Shown here piece by piece: positions 1-8,700 of a DNA stretch of 47,840 bases. The stretch is from Bacteroidota bacterium (GTDB taxonomy: Bacteria > Bacteroidota > Bacteroidia > Bacteroidales > GCA-2748055). The stretch spans positions 1-47,840 of the forward strand of contig DAOWFP010000085.1 in NCBI GenBank assembly GCA_030637895.1. The letters run 5' to 3'. Position numbers and translations under genes: made by a program. Numbering within the stretch: position 1 is the first letter of the stretch; every line of letters starts with the position of its first letter. Below the pieces are notes generated by a model that saw nothing but the letters and a program-made list of their open reading frames with translations, was not told the origin of the DNA and ran no database searches.

Positions 1-235
1 CCTGAGAGGGGCATTCCTTCAAAAAAGAGTACTCGTCGGACTGCTTCCACAGGGTGAGCCACCAGGCCAGTTCATTGTACCAAAGGATCGGCTGCCTCTT
101 CTCCAAACGCTCCAGGTTCATGGCCAGGGACTTGTTCCAGAGAAAACGTGAACAGCCGCAAAACCGTGAGAGCTTCGATTCAATCACATTATTGGTCTTG
201 AGCCTGAATATATATGCCTTCCGGATTGTTTGCAT
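1..235 (-). CDS. tnpB: IS200/IS605-family TnpB (OrfB) RNA-guided nuclease / transposon accessory protein. Only the N-terminal ~78 codons are present; the gene runs off the left edge of the window.
   Basis: Reverse-complement translation from the ATG at 235-233 gives MQTIRKAYIFRLKTNNVIESKLSRFCGCSRFLWNKSLAMNLERLEKRQPILWYNELAWWLTLWKQSDEYSFLKECPSQ, with no stop down to position 1. The pattern AY.FRL..N....L..F.G..RF.WN ... W....LKE.PSQ is the typical TnpB/OrfB N-terminus. It is absent from the ORF track because no stop lies inside the window. Confidence 0.75.
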   Translation of the reverse strand, partial: MQTIRKAYIFRLKTNNVIESKLSRFCGCSRFLWNKSLAMNLERLEKRQPILWYNELAWWLTLWKQSDEYSFLKECPSQ

Positions 236-559
236 TACTCTTTAATATACTAATTATGTATGTATTATGCAAGTTTAAACGTAATTAAAACAGTTTGTTT
301 GTTCGATTTAAATACAATTGGTCTTAATACAATATTCTCTTAATATCTGGGACTTGTCACTGGACAAAAAACAGTGTTTTCACAAGTATTAATGTTACAA
401 ACTGAAAAATATCGGGGTATATTTATGAAAAAGTATTAAGTGTCCTTCTATCCCGTCCCTGAAGTGAACGGGTTTTACGGACATGCTGATAAGTTCCAAG
501 CAGAACCGGGTTGGCCTGTTGGACAAAGATTGCTTCAGTTGCATCAAGGAGTACTTCTC

Positions 560-3500
560 CTAACGTATAACGATCTGCCTTTGGAGTTGTCGTTCGCCCG
601 AACGGAGCCTCAGGTAATACATACCCTGGGCCATCCCGCTCACATCGATGGTCTCCCTTATCTCCATCACATTAGCGAACTGCTTCACGATGATTTTTCG
701 CCCCAGTGAATCGAAGAGATCAAGGTACAGGGTTTCAACTTCAGAATACATGTATTCAATGGTCAAAAACTGGTCTGCAGGTACGGGATACACACTTAGC
801 TCGCCTGGCAGGAAACGGTCCACTATAGCCGTTGCTGGCGTAAGATAGATGGAATCTTTTCCTGTACACCCGCCGGGACTCATGACTTCGACCATGTACC
901 ATCCAAATTCATTGGCTTCATAGGTCTGGGTGCCGACAACTCCGTTCCACAGGTAGGACACATATCCTGCTCCGGCATCCAGCGTTACCGGAAGGGAGGT
1001 ACCCAGGGTATCATTCACCCCACCAAGTTCAGGCTCCGGAGATCCATAGTTTGTAATAAGCACATCCAGCTGATCATTAAGTGGATCATTATCCTTTGCA
1101 TACACGGTATAGGCCGAAATAGTATGATCCCCTACCCTGGAGAAGTCAAAATCAGTCCCCAGAAGAAGTTCAAGCGAATCACCGGGATACAGTGTCTCGC
1201 TAATGGAATATTGTCCAGTCACAGGAGCGCTTCCATCCACCGAATAAACCACACTGACCATCTCATCTAAAATAGGATGAGTTCCATAGTTTCTTATATG
1301 GAGCCTGAGTTCCTCCCGGTTCGAAAGGTAGCAGGCTGAGACCGGATCTGAAATGGATGAGACCCCCACATCCCACAGGTCAAAACTAATTTTCACTTCA
1401 TCTGCAGCTGAGCATCCATTGATATCCATTACCAGTACGCTGTACATGGAATCCGGACTTTGGTTTTCAAAGTCTACTACAAATAGCTGATCGGCTGACC
1501 CATCCTGCCATAGATAGGAAATGAATCCACTACCGGCATCCAGGGTGTGCGTTTTGGTATTCACCAGCCGGTCTGCTCCCAGAGATACTGTGGGAGAACC
1601 GTATACCTCAATGGATTGATCCAGGTGGTTATTTCCTGGAACCAGGTCCTTCGAATAGCTTACATCAATAACGAACTGATAGGTCCCAAGGGTACTCACA
1701 TCAACCGTCCCGGCCGAGGAGAAAAGGATTGAATCACCAGGCACTACCATTCTGTCAACAAACAGGGTATCATATACCAGGGGATCCCCGTTAACCTGGT
1801 AGCTAATGAAGATCGAATCATTTGCATAAAGGGTATCGCTACCCATATTCAGAATATAAAACTCTACCTGTTCTGTTGCAGAAAATTCACAGCCATCTGT
1901 GGGATTAAAGAGTCCTTCTATCCCCATATCCGGTATCAACATGCTTACAAGTACCGTGTCCGAGTTCTCGCACATGGTTCCTTGCTGTACTCTGACCCAA
2001 TATTGCCCGGTAGTATCGATCAGCAGGGTCTGATTGGTTGAAGCATCCTGCCACAGGTAGCTGTCATAGCCTCCACCTGCATCGATGGTATATGAAAATG
2101 CCCTGATCACTGTATCCGCTGCCAGATCAATGGGCGTATAACCAGAGACCTCTACGTTCACCTGCAGGTCATCATTTGTCAGGTCATTATCAAAGTCCAG
2201 TTCCGTATAGGACAATACGGTGTAGGTTTTTATGGCACTCATATCTGTAGCCGTAGTGAAGGAGTATTCAATTGAGCTGTCAGGAAGAAGCTCAGCAGCG
2301 AGAACTGCAATTTCCTCCACGACTGTTCCTGCATCAATTTGGTATCGAACCGGGACTTCATCTCCCACATGCAGGGTATCGGTACCAAAATTCGTGACCT
2401 CGATCCTTGGCCTGACGATGGCCCCCAGTTCACAGCTTGACACAGGATCCAGTATACTCGTCACGCCAACATCTGCGATCAGTAGATAGACATAGCTCGT
2501 ATCACTATATTCACAGAAAGAATTGCTGGCAGTTACATGGTACACTCCGTCTGCTATGGCACTTACATTAAATACAGGATCGGTGGTTCCATCGTGCCAG
2601 AGATAGCTATTGCTGGGATCGCCTGTATCGGCATCCAGTAAAATGGTATCCGGTCTCACAGTATAGACCTCCGATGGCAGATACACATAGGGCGTATCGG
2701 CCACCTCAAAGGACTTCGCCGTAGTATCATTGGTCACGGTTTCATTGTAGAAGTCAATGTCATCAGCCAGAAGGGTAAAGGCTTCGATGTTTTTGATTCC
2801 TGCTGACATGACCTCAAGGGATTCTATGAAAACATAGGGCATAGAACTTCCACGCAAGAGATTGCTTGAGAGTACAAAGGTGTCTCTTACGGTTGGCTCA
2901 GAATCAAGATCATATCCTACAATTAGGGTATCACCTGCCATAAGGGTATCAAGCCCGAAATTCATGATTGTCACTGCCACATGATCTCCAATTTCCTGAG
3001 CACAACCATCTATGGGAGACTCGATCGAGACAACTCCCACATCCCTGGGGGCAGCATAAATACGGATATCATCAATGCCAATGCCCTCTGCCCTTCCGGA
3101 TGCATCGCTTGAGAAATGGAAACGGAATTTTACACCAGGTGTGTTTCTGAATACGGTTGTATCCAGCATTATCCTTGCTGTATGCCATGGATCCGCCACA
3201 TTGGTCCATCCATGTCCACCGCTCAGTGCAGTTATGGCATCTGAATCATACCAGTTCCAGTCATAGGCCACACCATCGCCAAGATTGCCCACCCGTAACC
3301 AGGTCTGCCCGTTGTCCAGGGAATATTCAAGCATGGCACCATCATCACCGCTTTCGGTGTTGATGTATAAATTGCACTCGAAGACCGGGTAATCGATCCC
3401 TGTGAAATCGAAACAGGGCCCCAGCAGATAACTCTCCTCGTCGTTGGAATAAACTCCATCCAGGTCAGTTACCCAGGCATTCACCCCTGAAGCAGCTGTG

Positions 3501-5533
3501 TGGATAATGGCTCCCATGGGCATTCCATGTTCAAAGGAAGAACCAGCACCATCGGCTCTCCAAAAATCAGTTCCATTTTCAAAGTCCTGCTCATAAGGCA
3601 GTGTGTAAATCGGGTCCACATACAGGATAGTATCCAGCTGATTGTTTTCCGACTCCTCGTCCACGCCAAGTAAGGTTTCAATGACCACATTATACACACC
3701 CGGAGTACTCAGATCAATAAAATCTGTAAAATCAAAATCCCGCTGACCTTCAAATGCAATATTTCCGCCGATGATATCATCGGTAAAAGTGGATCCCCCG
3801 TCAAAGGAGTACCTGACCGGTATGTTGTCAGGTGTGGCACCCGGACCGAAATTTTCAACCCTGATGCTAACCGTTTCAGCCGATGAATGTCCACATCCCG
3901 TTCCCGGCGATAGCAGGGCAACCGGACCCACATCGTATTCTACATAATTACCAGTAATGGCAAGGTTCTCAATATTCCATCCGGAAAAGTGGTCAGTGGG
4001 GGTGGTGGGTCCCAGGTTAAACCGGATCTGCATCTGGTTCTGCCTGTTTGCCTCGTTCAGGTCCAGTGCAGGAGATTTCCATTCACCATCTGCGAACACA
4101 TTGTTGTTGTTTGACCAAATCTCAAACCAGGAAGCTCCACCGTCATGACTCATTTCAATGGAAGCTGTGTCATTATTTGCCACATTCAACCATCGCAAGA
4201 AATTCAGTTTGACATCGTTGTAATAAAACAAGTCTATGACCGGCGAAGTCGCCAGGTTTGCGTATTTGCTAACACTGGCTTCATAATCACCAAGATTAGT
4301 TCCCAGTCCGCTCAGGTCATTTCCCAGCACCATGGTATCGCCCGAGGCATATACGGGATCAGGATTACCAAGCTCCTGTCCACCCAGGCCCCGGGGTCTG
4401 TTTCTTTCAAAATCACCTGCCAGAGACCATCCGCTATTGGAGGAAAAATCGTCGTAAAAGATCGCTTCCCGGATTTGTCTGTTGCCAAGAGGTGAAGCAG
4501 CTGACTGTGGATAGGTGCTGCCGCCAATGTTTATACTGCCCATCTGCAACATGGCATCAGCCATGTTGTTGTGCACAGCATCCGTTTTTATGTCGTAGGA
4601 GATCCAAAGGGAGGTATGACCGCTTGGTAAATCGAGATTCAGGGAAGTGAACAGGGCTTCACCGGATACAAAGTTTGCCGAATCAAGTACGGTGGCCGCG
4701 TAGAAATCCCGATTGCTGTAATTATAAAATAACTTAACACCATACATATCTATGTCACTATCCAAGGTATTCAGGGAGCTCAGATCCAGAGAATTCAGGG
4801 CAAGTGTTTCCGAATTGCCCATCACAGATACATCAATCCTCAGAAGCGGATTGTTCTTCGAACCGGTGGGGAGAAGACCTGTATCCTCCTGGGATATTGT
4901 AATTGCATCAACCGCTCTGGGCTGGACTTCAGTCTCCACGACCCGCACATCATCAATGCCCACCCCCCAGCCATAGTTGGTCTTTGCCCTGAAAGCAAAA
5001 TAACATTCAGGTACAAAGGCATCCTCAGGCAGGAGAACAATTTGCTCTGTCCAGTCATAGACCTCGTCGGTATACTCTGCAATTTTGTGGACCTCGGTCC
5101 AGGCACTATCAAAATGTGTTTTATAGTAGATTCTAAGCTCGTCATGAAAAGATCCGAATCCCAGGTTTCCTTCCCGCTGAACATGCATAAATCTCAGCTC
5201 CGGTCTGATGCCAAACTCAATGTTGATAGGTGGAGTAACCAACATTACCTCGTTACCTTCCAGGCTTTCAAAAAAGTAGAGGGCATTTACGCTGCCACTA
5301 TAGGCAGTTGGGGGCCTTCTGCTACCTGGTATCTCGGGATTCTTTGTCCCCCCACCATCAACGAATTGCCACTTGCTATCGCCTGCCTCCAATTCGGTAG
5401 TCCAGCCAACGGGTTTTGTTCCGGGAGAGCTGTCAAAATTTTCATAAAACAGGGTATCCTGACCACTTAATGGATAAATGAAACAGATTGCCAGTATTAG
5501 CGTATAAACAAATCTATTTGCTATGCTCTTCAT
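560..5533 (-). CDS. Giant secreted surface protein (~1657 aa). It has an N-terminal MAM / choice-of-anchor-J-like domain, then CARDB-like modules alternating with Ig-like modules, then a C-terminal T9SS type A sorting domain.
   Basis: Uninterrupted 1664-codon ORF. The track start at 5554 is TTG; the ATG at 5533 gives a clean signal peptide MKSIANRFVYTLILAICFIYPLSGQ. There are five D[VM]G[VI]..I..P...C modules and four T(L/I)DAG.G..SYLW.DGS modules. The C-terminus matches the Por-secretion CTD pattern. Confidence 0.9.
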   Translation of the reverse strand: MKSIANRFVYTLILAICFIYPLSGQDTLFYENFDSSPGTKPVGWTTELEAGDSKWQFVDGGGTKNPEIPGSRRPPTAYSGSVNALYFFESLEGNEVMLVTPPINIEFGIRPELRFMHVQREGNLGFGSFHDELRIYYKTHFDSAWTEVHKIAEYTDEVYDWTEQIVLLPEDAFVPECYFAFRAKTNYGWGVGIDDVRVVETEVQPRAVDAITISQEDTGLLPTGSKNNPLLRIDVSVMGNSETLALNSLDLSSLNTLDSDIDMYGVKLFYNYSNRDFYAATVLDSANFVSGEALFTSLNLDLPSGHTSLWISYDIKTDAVHNNMADAMLQMGSINIGGSTYPQSAASPLGNRQIREAIFYDDFSSNSGWSLAGDFERNRPRGLGGQELGNPDPVYASGDTMVLGNDLSGLGTNLGDYEASVSKYANLATSPVIDLFYYNDVKLNFLRWLNVANNDTASIEMSHDGGASWFEIWSNNNNVFADGEWKSPALDLNEANRQNQMQIRFNLGPTTPTDHFSGWNIENLAITGNYVEYDVGPVALLSPGTGCGHSSAETVSIRVENFGPGATPDNIPVRYSFDGGSTFTDDIIGGNIAFEGQRDFDFTDFIDLSTPGVYNVVIETLLGVDEESENNQLDTILYVDPIYTLPYEQDFENGTDFWRADGAGSSFEHGMPMGAIIHTAASGVNAWVTDLDGVYSNDEESYLLGPCFDFTGIDYPVFECNLYINTESGDDGAMLEYSLDNGQTWLRVGNLGDGVAYDWNWYDSDAITALSGGHGWTNVADPWHTARIMLDTTVFRNTPGVKFRFHFSSDASGRAEGIGIDDIRIYAAPRDVGVVSIESPIDGCAQEIGDHVAVTIMNFGLDTLMAGDTLIVGYDLDSEPTVRDTFVLSSNLLRGSSMPYVFIESLEVMSAGIKNIEAFTLLADDIDFYNETVTNDTTAKSFEVADTPYVYLPSEVYTVRPDTILLDADTGDPSNSYLWHDGTTDPVFNVSAIADGVYHVTASNSFCEYSDTSYVYLLIADVGVTSILDPVSSCELGAIVRPRIEVTNFGTDTLHVGDEVPVRYQIDAGTVVEEIAVLAAELLPDSSIEYSFTTATDMSAIKTYTVLSYTELDFDNDLTNDDLQVNVEVSGYTPIDLAADTVIRAFSYTIDAGGGYDSYLWQDASTNQTLLIDTTGQYWVRVQQGTMCENSDTVLVSMLIPDMGIEGLFNPTDGCEFSATEQVEFYILNMGSDTLYANDSIFISYQVNGDPLVYDTLFVDRMVVPGDSILFSSAGTVDVSTLGTYQFVIDVSYSKDLVPGNNHLDQSIEVYGSPTVSLGADRLVNTKTHTLDAGSGFISYLWQDGSADQLFVVDFENQSPDSMYSVLVMDINGCSAADEVKISFDLWDVGVSSISDPVSACYLSNREELRLHIRNYGTHPILDEMVSVVYSVDGSAPVTGQYSISETLYPGDSLELLLGTDFDFSRVGDHTISAYTVYAKDNDPLNDQLDVLITNYGSPEPELGGVNDTLGTSLPVTLDAGAGYVSYLWNGVVGTQTYEANEFGWYMVEVMSPGGCTGKDSIYLTPATAIVDRFLPGELSVYPVPADQFLTIEYMYSEVETLYLDLFDSLGRKIIVKQFANVMEIRETIDVSGMAQGMYYLRLRSGERQLQRQIVIR
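563..814 (-). other. T9SS type A C-terminal sorting domain (last ~84 aa of the giant protein)
   Basis: The sequence ...LSVYPVPADQFLTIEY...LYLDLFDSLGRKIIVKQF...IDVSGMAQGMYYLRLRSGERQLQRQIVIR matches the usual vYPNPa...i...D..Gk.v....idvs.l..GvY.l.l pattern of Por/T9SS CTDs. Confidence 0.8.
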
Positions 5534-5704
5534 TGAAGTAGGGACTAGTACCAATATATGACTCTAATACGGTTAAAAACTATATAAGGTTGCATGCCAT
5601 ATGAACAGCTAAAATTTCACAGTCCATACAACCATTCCAGCTTAGCTTTGGTCACGAAAGTGAACAAATTTAAGAACAAAGAATTTTTATACGACAGAAG
5701 GTAA

Positions 5705-8700
5705 ATGCAAATACAAAAATTATATACCAAAGGTTTCTTCCTTATTATCCTCTTGCTGACACAGGCTGTCAATAGTTTTTCTCAGACAGATGTTGAATTC
5801 TGGTTTGTGGCACCCGAAATAACCATAGGTCATGGAAATTTCCCAGGTGGTGAACCTGTATACTTCAGGGTGTCCGCCCTGGATCTGGATGCCACTGTAA
5901 GAATTTACCAGCCGGCCAATCCCTCCGGTTTGGACACTACCTTCACCGTTCCTGCCTCCGGCACTGTCTCCATTGATGCTTCTCCCTGGATAGATGACCT
6001 GGAGAACAGGCCGGGAGGAATTGTTCTGAACAAAGGGGTTCGTATTACTTCGACCAACCTGGTAACAGTATACTATGACGAGGATGAATACTGGAACCAG
6101 GATATTTTCGCCCTAAAGGGAAGTAATGCACTGGGACTGGAATTCTACACCCCCTTCAACGAAGTCTGGAACAACGGAAATTACAATCCCCTACCCTACA
6201 GCTCCATCGATATTGTTGCAACGGAGGACAATACTCAGATCACCATAACACCCACCGCAGCCATCGTAGGGCATGCGGCTGGAGTACCCTTTACTATCAC
6301 TCTGAATCAGGGGGAAACTTACTCCTGCCTTGCCACAAGTCAGTTAGCAGCCGGTCACCTGGGTGGAAGCCACATCCTCTCCGACAAACCCATTGCGGTA
6401 ACCCTTAAGGATGACTCGGTGGCTGGAAATGTATGCCGGGACCTGATCGGTGACCAGACCGTCCCCATTGTGAATGCGGGCGGCAGCAGAATTGTGGGTT
6501 TCGAATACATCGTCATGAGAGGAAAAATAAACCTCATCAATCCCAATGCTGCCATCCCGGACCCCGATGGCATTCCCACTGGAGAAAGAATTTTTATACT
6601 GGCCACTGAGCCTAACACACAGGTATTTATTGATGGGGTGCCTTACACAACAATAACCAATGCAGGAGAGCAGTCCGTATACGAAATTCGGAATAACTCC
6701 ACGCATGTGGAGGGTGACAAACCCATTATGATCCTTCATGCCTCCGGATTTGGCTGTGAGCTTGGCGGGGCCGTTTTACCTACCATTGATGGCTGCACAG
6801 GCTCGGTGGAAGTCAGTTTTACCAGGTCCACTGACCGCGATTTTTACCTGAATATTATGACCATCGATGCGGCCAAAGATGGTTTTACCATGCACTACGA
6901 GGATGGAAGCACCTTTGTCATTCCGGGTACCTGGTTTGAACCTGTGGGGGCCACCGACTATGTATGCCTGCAGAAAAACAACAAGAAATTTGCGAATAAC
7001 ACAGGTGGTGGGGTACCCCAGAGTGAAGTAGTCAAAATAACCAATTCAGTAAGTGTTTTTCACCTGGGTTTGATCGAGGGAGGAACAACCACTGGTTGTA
7101 AATACGGGTACTTCTCAGACTACAGTGCTGCCAGGGGCGATGTGCTGGTCGTTGAATCCGGTTCAAAATCCATTGCCCGCTGTTTCGGCGATACCATACA
7201 GTTAAGGGCAAACGGTGGAATCTCCTATTCCTGGTCCCCCTCTGTCTACCTGGACGATCCCTTTATTGCAACACCCATTGCCACACCTCCTCCTGGTGTA
7301 TACAATTATGATGTTACCCTGAACAGGGGCTGTTTCCCCGATACTACAATTTCGGTGATCGTGGCAATTGCCGAGCAGGTGGAATCATTTTTTGATACGG
7401 ATAAATGGTACATATGTGCTCCGGATACCGTAACCTTTACAAACGAGTCCTTTGGAGTGGATTGGTCAAGTGCGGCTAATGTGCAGTGGGACTTTGACCT
7501 GCAGGATCCTTCCAATCCCTTTGTATATGACACCAGTTCTAGCATACAGCGTGTCTTTACCAATACCACAGATTCCCTTATAACAACAACCATACAGCTG
7601 GTGGTCTGGAACTCCCAGAGTTGTATCAGCGAACTCCGTCGGGACCTTGTGATCAGGCCCGAAATTAACGCAGGTTTTACAAATGACATATCGGATGGAT
7701 GTCACCCGGTAACCGTAAACTTCACCAATACTTCCACTGGCAATACGGATCGGTACAAATGGACCCTTGGGGATGGGAATTCGGCCAATACCCCCAACGT
7801 AAGCCACACCTATTTTAACCAGGGAATGGCAGACAGCCTCTATCATGTGGAGATGGTGGCCATCTCACCTTTCTTCTGCACCGATACGGTGGAAACGGAT
7901 ATCGCTGTATATCCCTACATCGAAGCGGCCTACGCCATAGATACCTTCCAGGGATGTTCCCCCCTGATTATTAGCATCGATAATAATTCGGCCGGTTACA
8001 TCGAAGAGTACGAATGGACCATGGACGATGGCACCGTTTATTCCACTTCTGCCAGTACCTTCACCCATACCTATACAAATATCACTGCCGCCCCCATTGA
8101 GTATAATCTCCGCCTGGTGGTCAGGAACAATACCCGGGGATGCACCGATACCATCGTCCGGGTGATTTCAGTTTTCCCGGAAGTTACGTCTTCCTTTTTG
8201 CAGGATCTCTCCAGTGTTTGTCATGGAACGGAAGTAACATTCACCGACCAATCCACCACCACCGCCACCATGTTTGAATGGGATTTTGGCGACGGCGGAT
8301 TTTCGTCGTCAAAGGATCCATCCCATACCTTTGAAAACATGACGCCGGCAAATGTGAATTATATGGTCCGGCTGGTAGCTACCACAGCGAATCTCTGCCG
8401 GGACACATCCTATCGGCCCGTGCAGACACATCCATACATTCATGCCGAGTACTCGGTAAATGAATTCCAGGGCTGTGCACCTTTTGAGGTAGTTGTGCAA
8501 AATGCATCTTCAGGGGCGATTTCAGACTACGAATGGGACTGGGGCGACCTGTCCGCACCTTCCACTTCAGGGGACACGGTCCTCACACATCTCTATCAGA
8601 ATGCCGGGCCCACCAATGTAACAAACAGCCTTCAGCTGGTGGTTCAAAATGCAAATAACTGTACCGATACAATGATCAGGGATATCACTATCTTCCCCGT

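Noticed and set aside
54-245. 63-aa plus-strand ORF from the track at the left edge
   Set aside because: It lies exactly antisense to the much better supported tnpB N-terminal frame (1-235, minus strand). Its sequence has no recognisable features, so I treat it as a shadow ORF.
358-380. Small hairpin cactg-N9-cagtg followed by TTTT
   Set aside because: The stem is only 5 bp and the loop is A-rich. The orientation (T-run on the plus strand) does not fit termination of either flanking minus-strand gene. I mention it only as a possible IS subterminal structure.
440-709. 89-aa plus-strand ORF overlapping the 3' end of the giant T9SS gene
   Set aside because: It overlaps the T9SS CTD coding region on the opposite strand, uses a non-ATG start and has no family resemblance. 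It is most likely spurious.
5643-5650. Matches to the Bacteroidota -7 promoter consensus TAnnTTTG (TAGCTTTG at 5643-5650; TACATTTG at 30763-30770)
   Set aside because: An 8-mer with six fixed positions is expected roughly 20 times by chance on both strands of a 48-kb window. I found no accompanying -33 TTTG, and most other intergenic regions I scanned had no match. This is not enough to call promoters.
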